This document shows positions 1 through 7,399 of a stretch of 36,654 nucleotides of DNA, in pieces. The stretch lies in the IMG/VR virus record IMGVR_UViG_3300042342_000200, positions 1-36,654 of that record, one strand, 5' to 3'. The DNA is from a virus. Lineage: Duplodnaviria > Caudoviricetes. The notes below the pieces were generated by a model. It did not search any database and was not told the DNA's origin. It saw only the letters and a program-made list of their open reading frames with translations. Every line of letters starts with the position of its first letter. Within the stretch, counting starts at the first letter, position 1. The translations under genes were made by a program, and so were the position numbers.

Positions 1-320
1 ACTAAGTGCCGGTAGGCACGGAGGGCTGTCTTCAAGTCCTCTTGCAGACTCTCGATCAGCTCGTCTTGCTCAGACAACCGCTCGGCGGCGTCTTGGGCAA
101 ACTTGGCCAAGTTGTGCGCTTCCCACGCCTCAAACCTGTTCATGATTTGGTGGCCAGCGTCAGCAGCTCGGCTCTCTCTCTGGCCACGCGCAGCGTGTTG
201 TAACGCTGGTGCAGGCGCTCAATGATCTTGACGCGGCGAGCGCCCTTCATCTCGGCGTCCAGCAGCGCTTTCACGTCGGGCTCTGGCAGCGAGGCCAGCA
301 CATCATTAAGTTTTCGCCAG
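1..320. repeat. Imperfect terminal direct repeat, left copy (matches 36335-36654)
   Basis: Direct comparison: first 109 nt identical, 14 substitutions over 320 nt, no indels. Confidence 0.95.
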
Positions 321-331
321 GTGTAGCTCAA
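140..331 (-). CDS. Small hypothetical phage protein (63 aa, probable TTG start)
   Basis: GGAG upstream of TTG at 331; ATGA overlap with next gene; differences to the right-end copy are mostly silent or conservative. Confidence 0.7.
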   Translation of the reverse strand: MSYTWRKLNDVLASLPEPDVKALLDAEMKGARRVKIIERLHQRYNTLRVARERAELLTLATKS

Positions 332-467
332 TTTTCTTCTCCAGTTGTTCAATCAGTTTGGTCGTGCGGTCGTGTGTGCGCTGGGCAGCGTTGAGCTGGC
401 GCGTCTTGTGCCGCAGCTCAGACTTGGCCGCTCGCAGCTTGGCTTTCCATTGGTCGATTCGTTTCAT
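306..467 (-). CDS. Small basic coiled-coil protein (53 aa, MKRIDQWKAKLRAAKSEL...)
   Basis: Read manually; ATG overlaps the helicase stop (ATGA) and fills the gap in the operon. Confidence 0.65.
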   Translation of the reverse strand: MKRIDQWKAKLRAAKSELRHKTRQLNAAQRTHDRTTKLIEQLEKKIELHLAKT

Positions 468-1741
468 TTAAGTGCCTCCAAGGCGATAGTTGATAGGCTT
501 TGCTTGTCATGCAGCGCGCCCCAGATCTTCTCATCGACAGTAGCGTCGGTCAGAAATACGTAGCACCACACGTCATGCCGCTGGCCGCTACGATGCAAGC
601 GCCCAATGGTCTGTTCGTACAGTTCGAGCGACCAGGGCAAGGACAAGAAGACGATGTGGTGGCCGCCGTGCTGGAGGTTGAGCCCGTGGCCGGCCGACTT
701 GGGGTGGACGGCCAACAGCCTGACCTCGCCTCGGTTCCATCGTTCGATGGCGCCTTCGTCGTCGAGCGTTGTAAGGTGCTTGAAGCGCCGCTTAAGTTCG
801 GCAAGCTCTTCTTGGTACTGGTAAACAAGTAGGGTATTGGCATGTTGGTTCTCATCAAGCAGTTCTTCAAGTCGATCAAACTTGTGTGACGACAGCCAGA
901 TCGGGCCGTTGTCGGAATACAGGAAACCAGACGACATCTGCTGGAGCTTTTGCGTGACGACAGCAGCGTTGACCGCCACCACGTCGTCCAGCACAAACTC
1001 TTTCTTCATCTTGTTGTAGCCGGTCATGTCCATCTTGCAGGCTACCTCCACGGTGTGCAGGGGCGGCAGCTTGTCCTTGTACTCGCCAGGCTCCAGCACG
1101 AACGTCGCAGGCTTGATGCGCTGCATGACCAGCTCCAGCGAGCCTTTGCGTGGCTCCCACTCGCCGAAGTCTTTGTTGATCAGCACGAAGTACTGTTGCA
1201 TGAACGCACCCTTGGCGCGGCCGAGCAGCGACTGGTCCACGATCTTGCACTGGCCGAACACGTCCTCAAGACCGTTGCTGGTGAACGAGCCGGTCAAGCC
1301 CCAGCGCACGGTGATCGGGTCCATGACCTTGAACAGCGCCTTGAACCGGGTGCCGGACGGGTTCTTGAGCTTGGTCAGCTCATCAAACACGATCGCGTCA
1401 AAGTTCAGCTTCTGCTCGGCCAGCCACTGGATGTTGTCGTAGTTGGTCACCACGATGCGGGCGTTGCTCTTGAGCGCCGTCATTCGTTCTTTGGGTGTGC
1501 CCACGGCCACAGCCAGCGAGGCCATCGGTGCCCACTTGGGCTGCTCGACCGGCCACACGTCGGTGCACACACGCTTGGGGGCCAGCACGAGGAAGCGCTT
1601 AACGTGGTCGTCGCGCAGCATCTCCCACATGGCCGTCAGCGTGATGGCTGTCTTGCCAGCACCAACCGGCGCCAGGATCATGGCGCGGTCGTGCTCGTAC
1701 AAGAAGTCAGCAGCCGCCCCTTGGTATGGTCTTAACTCCAT
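464..1741 (-). CDS. SNF2-family (SF2) DNA helicase
   Basis: Q motif LRPYQ, Walker A GAGKT, DE Walker B (VFDELT), LTGS, SAGHGLNLQ, QTIGRLHRSGQ motif VI. Confidence 0.92.
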   Translation of the reverse strand: MELRPYQGAAADFLYEHDRAMILAPVGAGKTAITLTAMWEMLRDDHVKRFLVLAPKRVCTDVWPVEQPKWAPMASLAVAVGTPKERMTALKSNARIVVTNYDNIQWLAEQKLNFDAIVFDELTKLKNPSGTRFKALFKVMDPITVRWGLTGSFTSNGLEDVFGQCKIVDQSLLGRAKGAFMQQYFVLINKDFGEWEPRKGSLELVMQRIKPATFVLEPGEYKDKLPPLHTVEVACKMDMTGYNKMKKEFVLDDVVAVNAAVVTQKLQQMSSGFLYSDNGPIWLSSHKFDRLEELLDENQHANTLLVYQYQEELAELKRRFKHLTTLDDEGAIERWNRGEVRLLAVHPKSAGHGLNLQHGGHHIVFLSLPWSLELYEQTIGRLHRSGQRHDVWCYVFLTDATVDEKIWGALHDKQSLSTIALEALK

Positions 1742-2322
1742 TGCGCTGCCATCGCGTCAGCGATGCCCTCGTATGTCTTGCTGCGCAACTTCCAACGGTC
1801 TTTGCTAGGCGGCAGTTTGTTCTGGCCGCTGTCGGTCTGGTTGCCCCATCGCGCTTTGCCGCCAACGATGCGCGGCTCGACCATCTGCGTCGGCTTGAGC
1901 AACGGCAAGCCCTTGAGCCACAGGCAGGTCTTCTTGCTGGCGTCATGTCCAAACTGGTGCGGCTGGATAATCTGGTCAGGCTTGCGGATGCGCGAGCTGA
2001 TGATGCTAACCGGATTCTCGATGGCGATGCGCTCGATAGGCGCGTCCATGAACAGGCGCACGAAGTCCAGCGCGTCTTCGGTCAGCTTGGGGTCGCGCAG
2101 GCCACGGGTGGTCCAGTGCATACCGCTGACAGACAGATAAGTGCAAGGCGGGTGTGCGATCAGCAAGTCCCACTCTTGGCCCAACAGCTCACGCACGTCG
2201 CCTTGATGGTGCGGCCCCGGCTGTTCGCTGGGCAGCAGATCGCACGACATAGCGAAGTGGCCACGCGCACGAAAGGCGTCGCGTACAGCGCCGCTAGATT
2301 CACAAGCTATTAAGACTCTCAT
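1732..2322 (-). CDS. Short phage DNA cytosine-C5 methyltransferase-like protein
   Basis: Rossmann start VLIACESSG, CD acidic motif, catalytic HPPC (motif IV), IENP (motif VI); 196 aa. Confidence 0.75.
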   Translation of the reverse strand: MRVLIACESSGAVRDAFRARGHFAMSCDLLPSEQPGPHHQGDVRELLGQEWDLLIAHPPCTYLSVSGMHWTTRGLRDPKLTEDALDFVRLFMDAPIERIAIENPVSIISSRIRKPDQIIQPHQFGHDASKKTCLWLKGLPLLKPTQMVEPRIVGGKARWGNQTDSGQNKLPPSKDRWKLRSKTYEGIADAMAAQWS

Positions 2323-2584
2323 TTAACCATCCATCTATTTGTTCTTTGTTCCACAGACACACATACCTTTGGTTCATCAGCGCCATGTCAGCGGCGAAGA
2401 CCTTCTGCAACTCGGACAGCCTGCCGCCCTCGGTCTTGACCTCAACGAACCATGTCTGGCCGTTGGGCAGGCACACGATCCGGTCGGCCACGCCGCGATG
2501 CGCAGGGCTGGTGAACTTGTACGCCCGACCGCCCAGCTCTTTGACGCGCTTGACGAGGTAGGCTTCGATTTGTTTTTCTAACAT
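2300..2584 (-). CDS. VRR-NUC domain nuclease
   Basis: EKQIE...GVADRIV...FVEVK...GRLSELQ PD-(D/E)xK pattern; typical neighbour of SNF2 helicase; ATG at 2584 preferred over 2617. Confidence 0.88.
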   Translation of the reverse strand: MLEKQIEAYLVKRVKELGGRAYKFTSPAHRGVADRIVCLPNGQTWFVEVKTEGGRLSELQKVFAADMALMNQRYVCLWNKEQIDGWLNESLNSL

Positions 2585-2641
2585 AGCCGCAATAATACAT
2601 GAAAAAAAGTTTTGCACAAACTATTTTTTGTGTGATAAGAT
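2585..2641. promoter_or_regulatory. Divergent sigma70-like promoters with central inverted repeat
   Basis: Plus strand: TTGCAC(2612)-18 nt-TAAGAT(2636). Minus strand: TATTAT (2597-2592) 7 nt before the VRR-NUC ATG. CACAAA-N6-TTTGTG at 2615-2632. Confidence 0.6.
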
Positions 2642-2671
2642 CAAGGCCTCATCAACTAAACTGGAGTACAC

Positions 2672-2818
2672 ATGAAAATAGAGTTCACTCGGGCCGAGAT
2701 TGAGGCGATCATCTTGGCGCACATCAAAGACGAGATTGCGCCTTACGTTAAATTTTTGCGTAATGAGGACAACGAATGGGGCTTGCCTGACACCATCACT
2801 GTGGAGGCAGAAGAATGA
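2672..2818 (+). CDS. Small acidic hypothetical protein (48 aa, MKIEFTRAEIEAIIL...)
   Basis: GGAG RBS 6 nt upstream; stop overlaps next ATG. Confidence 0.7.
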   Translation: MKIEFTRAEIEAIILAHIKDEIAPYVKFLRNEDNEWGLPDTITVEAEE

Positions 2819-3945
2819 TGCACAGTAATATCGTCGGCGGCTCGACCGCCAAGCGCGTCATCAACTGCCCTGGCTCTGTGGCGCTGGTGCAGAAGATGCC
2901 ACCCAAGCCCTCCAGCGAGCACGCTGACCGTGGCACCATGCTGCACGACGTGATCTCCGAGATTCTTGGCAAAGACCTGCCGTGGGATCAGTTCATCGGT
3001 ACGGTCTACGAAGGCCAAGTGTTGACGCAAGAGCTGTTCGACGAAAAGATTGGCGTAGCGCTTGAGCTGCTGGACCAAGTCGATCCAGACAAAAACATGG
3101 AGTACGAAGTTGAGACACGCGTTGGCTTTGGCGATCTCTTACCTGGGGTCTTCGGTAGCACGGATTTGGTTGGTCGTATCGGTAGCCGCGCTGTTGTGCT
3201 CGATTGGAAGTTTGGTGACGGCGTTGTTGTGGACGCTGACGAGAACGATCAACTGATGTTCTACGCAGCCGCCTGCATGCGCACTGAAAGCGCACAGTGG
3301 GCGTTCGCTGGCGCAACAGAGGTTGAGTGCATCATCATCCAGCCGCCCATGATCAAGCGCTGGGTGACCACGAAAGAGCGCATCAAGCAGTTTGAGCAGA
3401 CGCTGGTGCAGGCCGTCAAGGCCGCGCAGCAGCCTGACGCCAAGCTGGCCGTGGGCGACCACTGCCGCTGGTGCGCAGGCAAGCCCATCTGCCCTAAGAT
3501 GACCGGCGCTGTGGACCGCGCCCTGCAAGTGCAACTGAAAGAAATAGATGTTGACACGCTGGGCCGATACCTGAAGAATGCAGACCTCTTGGAAGACTGG
3601 ATCAAAGACCTGCGTGGTCTGGCGCTCCAGTTGCTCGAGAAGGATCTGCCGGTGCCTGGTTACAAGCTCGTCGCCAAGCGCGGCACACGTCAGTGGGCCA
3701 ACGAAACAAAAGCGCTTGAGGCGTTGCACGATCTGGGTGTGCCCCGTGCAGAGCTACTCAAGCCAGAAGAATTACTCAGCCCTGCTCAAGCAGAGAAGGT
3801 GCTGAAAAAGCGCAAGATGGCACTGCCCGACGATCTCGTCGTGTCGGTGTCGTCAGGCACAACACTGGCAAGCGAGGATGATCCCCGCCCAGCAGTGTTG
3901 CAAATCGGGTCGCAGTTGTCTGCGGCTCTCTCTAAACTTCAGTAA
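2815..3945 (+). CDS. DUF2800-family Cas4-like PD-(D/E)xK exonuclease
   Basis: N-terminal CPGS, GTMLH, E-x-R...FGSTD...VLDWKFG, QLMFYA, C-terminal HCRWC...CP cluster. Confidence 0.85.
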   Translation: MMHSNIVGGSTAKRVINCPGSVALVQKMPPKPSSEHADRGTMLHDVISEILGKDLPWDQFIGTVYEGQVLTQELFDEKIGVALELLDQVDPDKNMEYEVETRVGFGDLLPGVFGSTDLVGRIGSRAVVLDWKFGDGVVVDADENDQLMFYAAACMRTESAQWAFAGATEVECIIIQPPMIKRWVTTKERIKQFEQTLVQAVKAAQQPDAKLAVGDHCRWCAGKPICPKMTGAVDRALQVQLKEIDVDTLGRYLKNADLLEDWIKDLRGLALQLLEKDLPVPGYKLVAKRGTRQWANETKALEALHDLGVPRAELLKPEELLSPAQAEKVLKKRKMALPDDLVVSVSSGTTLASEDDPRPAVLQIGSQLSAALSKLQ

Positions 3946-3954
3946 AGGACAATC

Positions 3955-4596
3955 ATGTCAAATCTCGCAACTTTCTCTTCGGCAAATCTGCCAGCAGTCT
4001 CCACCCTCTCCACCGCATTGCGTTCGCTTGAACAAGGCGCAGGCACATCGGGCGTCGTCATCCTGAAAATGGACAAGACCGGCCACTGGGTGTTTGGTGC
4101 TGACCAGACTGAAGTCGAAGACGACTCTACTTGGGCCGTCAATCCTTTTTCTTTTGTTCACGGCTTTATCGCCTGGGGCGACGGTGAAGTGCTTGGCGAG
4201 AAGATGACCGGTGTGCAGCATCCCCTGCCAGAGCTTGACCAAGCGCCTCCCGGCGCCAAGCGCGGCTGGGAGACACAGATCGGCATGTCGTTGAAGTGCC
4301 TCGTCGGTGAGGACAAGGACATGGAAGCACGCTTTACCACGACCTCGGTCGGCGGCAAGAAGGCCGTGCAGGCATTGGGCGTTGCCATCGCCACGCAAGT
4401 GGAGAAGGACCAGACCAAGCCTGTGGCCATCGTGCGCCTGAAGAAGGACCACTACGTCCACAAGTCCTACGGCCGCATCTACACCCCGGTGTTTGAGATC
4501 GTGGAGTGGGCCAGCATGGACGGTGCAGCTGAAGCGCCAGTGGCTGAAGAAGCTGAGGCTGCACCAGCTGCTGGCCGTCGTCGTCGCGCGGCCTAA
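3955..4596 (+). CDS. Putative single-stranded DNA-binding/annealing protein
   Basis: Position between DUF2800 nuclease and PolA; aromatic beta-rich core, flexible Ala/Glu tail; AAGGA RBS. Confidence 0.55.
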   Translation: MSNLATFSSANLPAVSTLSTALRSLEQGAGTSGVVILKMDKTGHWVFGADQTEVEDDSTWAVNPFSFVHGFIAWGDGEVLGEKMTGVQHPLPELDQAPPGAKRGWETQIGMSLKCLVGEDKDMEARFTTTSVGGKKAVQALGVAIATQVEKDQTKPVAIVRLKKDHYVHKSYGRIYTPVFEIVEWASMDGAAEAPVAEEAEAAPAAGRRRRAA

Positions 4597-4604
4597 GTGA
4601 AATC

Positions 4605-4686
4605 GGGGCCGAAAGCGGATGCTGTCAGCGTGGTGTATTGCAATGTACGGACGCCGTGCCACCGACAGACGCAGCGAGTAGGCCCC
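4605..4686 (+). ncRNA. Putative structured cis-RNA (long hairpin with GAA/AGUA loop-E-like motif)
   Basis: GGGGCC/GGCCCC closing stem, GAA opposite AGTA, then GC/GC, TGC/GCA, TGTC/GACA and GTGGT/GCCAC helices; no U-tract. Confidence 0.55.
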
Positions 4687-4707
4687 ACCTATAAAGTAAA
4701 GTACAGT

Positions 4708-5409
4708 ATGAAACACGTTATTGGATTGAGCGGCGGTAAAGACTCCACAGCGCTTGCGCTGCGTTTGATGGAAGTCGAGCCGCGTGAATACGAACTGATC
4801 TGCAACGCCACCGGCAACGAGTTGCCCGAGATGGTTGAGCACTGGGCCAAGCTGGAGCGTATGCTCGGCCTGCCCATCAAGAAAGTCGGCCACACAACTG
4901 ATCTGTATGGCCTGATCGACCAAATGCAAATGCTGCCCAACTTCCGCGCCCGTTGGTGCACGCGCATCCTGAAGATCGAACCCACTATCGAATACTTTGA
5001 AACGCTGCCCGAAGGGTCAGTGCTTTACGTTGGCCTGCGCGCTGATGAAGAAGCCCGGCGCGGCATCTACGGCGAAGACATGAAGATCCGCTTCCCGATG
5101 CGTGAGTGGGGATGGAACGAAGCCGACGTGTGGAAGTACCTCGGCGAGCGTGGCGTGACGATCCCCCGCCGCACAGACTGCGCCGTGTGCCCTTACCAGC
5201 GTCTGGGTGAGTGGCGCGACCTCTGGCGTGACTACCCCGAAGAGTACGCCAAGGGCGTGGCTGTCGAAGAGAAGCTGGGCCACACGTTTCGGTCACCGCA
5301 GCGCGACAACTGGCCTGCCTCGCTCAAAGACTTGGCCGTCGAGTTTGAGAAAGGCCGCAAGATTCGCGGTGACGGTAACGCCCCGACTTGCCGGGTGTGC
5401 TCACTATGA
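4708..5409 (+). CDS. PP-loop (PAPS reductase/DndC-like) family protein, probable Fe-S cluster
   Basis: SGGKDS PP-loop, RWCTRILKIEP, GLRADE, DCAVCP, C-terminal CRVC; ATG at 4708. Confidence 0.85.
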   Translation: MKHVIGLSGGKDSTALALRLMEVEPREYELICNATGNELPEMVEHWAKLERMLGLPIKKVGHTTDLYGLIDQMQMLPNFRARWCTRILKIEPTIEYFETLPEGSVLYVGLRADEEARRGIYGEDMKIRFPMREWGWNEADVWKYLGERGVTIPRRTDCAVCPYQRLGEWRDLWRDYPEEYAKGVAVEEKLGHTFRSPQRDNWPASLKDLAVEFEKGRKIRGDGNAPTCRVCSL

Positions 5410-7340
5410 CAGTGCTCTGGCTTGACTTTGAGACCCGCAGCCGCTGTGACCTGAAGGCCAAAGGCGTCTACAACTACGCGCAAGACGCTAGCACTGACGT
5501 GCTGTGCATGTCCTACGCCTTTGACGATGGTGAGGTCGTCACTTGGTTGCCGGGCCAGCCGCTGCCCCGTGAGGTGACCGAGCACAAGGGCCTGATTTAC
5601 GCCCACAACGCCGCCTTTGAGCGGCTCATTTTTTGGTATGTCTTGCAGGTCGACTTCAAACTAGAGCAGTTCGTCTGCACCGCAGCACAAGCCCGCGCCA
5701 ACTGTGCGCCTGGCTCGTTGGAAGACGTCGGCCGCTTCGCTGGCGCTGACATGCGCAAGGACCACCGCGGCAGTCAACTGATCCGGCTGCTGTCGCTGCC
5801 GCAGGCCAATGGCCAGTTCCGTGAAGACGCCGCCTTGATGCAAGAGATGGTCGAGTACTGCGAGCAGGACGTGCGGTCCATGCGCACCATCAGCAAGGCC
5901 CTGCGGCCGCTGTCGGCTGATGAACTAGCCGACTATCACACCAACGAGCGCATCAACGACCGTGGCGTGCTGGTGGACGTGCCGCTGTGCCAAGCCGCTG
6001 TTAAGTACTCGGCCGACGAGACCGTCGAGATTCAGCAGATCGTGTCCGAGGTGACCGAGGGCGTCATCACCAGCGTGCGCTCGCCCAAGATGCGCGAGTG
6101 GGTGCTGGAGCGCGTCGGGCCAGAGGCCAAGAAGCTGATGTGGACCGGCGAGAAGTATTCGATTGACAAGACTGTGCGGGCCAACCTGCTCGCGATGGAA
6201 GACCCTGATGAGATACCGCCCCATGTTGCAGACGTCATCCAGTGCGCGGACGACCTCTGGGCGTCTTCGGTTGCGAAGTTCAACCGCCTCTCAAACCTCG
6301 CCGATGACGAGGATCACCGAGTCCGAGGCGCTTTCGTTTTTGCTGGAGGGGCTGCCACCGGCCGTGCGTCGAGCTACGGCGCGCAAGTTCACAACTTTAC
6401 CCGCAAGTGCGCCAAAGAGCCTGATGAAGTACGCCACGCTATGGTGCGTGGCCACGCAATCACGCCAAGATTTGGTAAGCGCATTACAGATGTGCTCAAG
6501 GGGATGCTCCGGCCCGCGCTGATCGCCAAGCCTGGCCACGTCCTGATCGCCTACGACTGGTCAGCCATCGAGGGCCGTGTGCACCCGTGGCTGTCCAACT
6601 GCCCAGCCGGTGAGCAAAAACTGGACGTGTTCCGCTCGGGCCTTGACCCGTACAAGGTCAACGCAGCCGCCACCTTTCGTGTGCCTTATGAGGACGTCGC
6701 TGGTGACCAGCGTCAGGTGGGCAAGGTGCAAGAGCTGGCCCTTGGCTTTCTGGGTGGTGCTGGCGCGTTTGAGGTGTTCGGCCGCGCCTACGGCATCCGG
6801 CTGTCACCGGGCGAAGTCCAGCGCGCTGTGGACGGCTGGCGCAGGGCCAACCCGTGGGCGCAGGCACATGGCCAGCAGCTGGAGAACGCCTACCTGCGCG
6901 CCATGAGAAACAAAGGACATGAATTTAAAGCCGGGCGTGTTGTGTACTTGTTCGACGGCCAGACCCTCTGGTATGCTTTGCCCTCCGGTCGGGTGCTGTG
7001 CTACCCCAACGCCAAATTTGATGATGAAGGCAACGTGACGTACACCAAAGCAGCCTGGAAGCCCGCCGCCGACGCCAAGGAGTGGCCCCGCGCCCGTCTG
7101 TGGCGTGGTCTGGCTTGCGAGAACGTCACGCAAGCAGCAGCGCACGACATCCTGCGCCACTCACTGCGCCAGCTTGATGGCGTGGTTCTACACGTTCACG
7201 ACGAGATCGTTGTCGAGTGCCCGGCTCACGAGGCCGAGGCAGTCGCCGCCCACATGCACCAGATCATGTGCACCCCGCCTGCATGGGCGGCTGGCCTGCC
7301 CTTGGCCGCTGAAGGTGTGACCACCACCCGCTATTCGTAA
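5406..7340 (+). CDS. polA: DNA polymerase family A with 3'-5' exonuclease
   Basis: Exo I DFET, Exo II HNAAFE, Exo III YCEQD; motif A DWSAIEGR, motif B RQVGKVQELALGF, motif C HVHDEI. Confidence 0.95.
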   Translation: MTVLWLDFETRSRCDLKAKGVYNYAQDASTDVLCMSYAFDDGEVVTWLPGQPLPREVTEHKGLIYAHNAAFERLIFWYVLQVDFKLEQFVCTAAQARANCAPGSLEDVGRFAGADMRKDHRGSQLIRLLSLPQANGQFREDAALMQEMVEYCEQDVRSMRTISKALRPLSADELADYHTNERINDRGVLVDVPLCQAAVKYSADETVEIQQIVSEVTEGVITSVRSPKMREWVLERVGPEAKKLMWTGEKYSIDKTVRANLLAMEDPDEIPPHVADVIQCADDLWASSVAKFNRLSNLADDEDHRVRGAFVFAGGAATGRASSYGAQVHNFTRKCAKEPDEVRHAMVRGHAITPRFGKRITDVLKGMLRPALIAKPGHVLIAYDWSAIEGRVHPWLSNCPAGEQKLDVFRSGLDPYKVNAAATFRVPYEDVAGDQRQVGKVQELALGFLGGAGAFEVFGRAYGIRLSPGEVQRAVDGWRRANPWAQAHGQQLENAYLRAMRNKGHEFKAGRVVYLFDGQTLWYALPSGRVLCYPNAKFDDEGNVTYTKAAWKPAADAKEWPRARLWRGLACENVTQAAAHDILRHSLRQLDGVVLHVHDEIVVECPAHEAEAVAAHMHQIMCTPPAWAAGLPLAAEGVTTTRYS

Positions 7341-7341
7341 C

Positions 7342-7374
7342 AAAAAGAAAGCCCCGGCGGGTTAGGCCGGGGCT
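7342..7374 (-). terminator. Hairpin AGCCCCGGC/GCCGGGGCT with U-tract on the minus strand
   Basis: 9-bp stem 7350-7374 preceded by AAAAAGAA on the plus strand. Confidence 0.55.
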
Positions 7375-7399
7375 AAAGTTCCAACTAAAGGAGAAACCC

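Noticed and set aside
6-203. Plus-strand 65-aa ORF and its copy at 36340-36537
   Set aside because: Antisense to two coupled minus-strand genes that fit the operon
1-320. Template/variable repeat pair of a diversity-generating retroelement
   Set aside because: No reverse transcriptase; substitutions are not adenine-specific and are mostly synonymous
4597-4707. GTG start at 4597 as the true start of the PP-loop protein
   Set aside because: No RBS, and the fold begins at MKHVIGLSGGKDS (4708); kept only as a readthrough hypothesis
4708-5409. cysH auxiliary metabolic gene for sulfate assimilation
   Set aside because: Lacks the C-terminal ECGLH motif and any pathway context; only family-level assignment is supported
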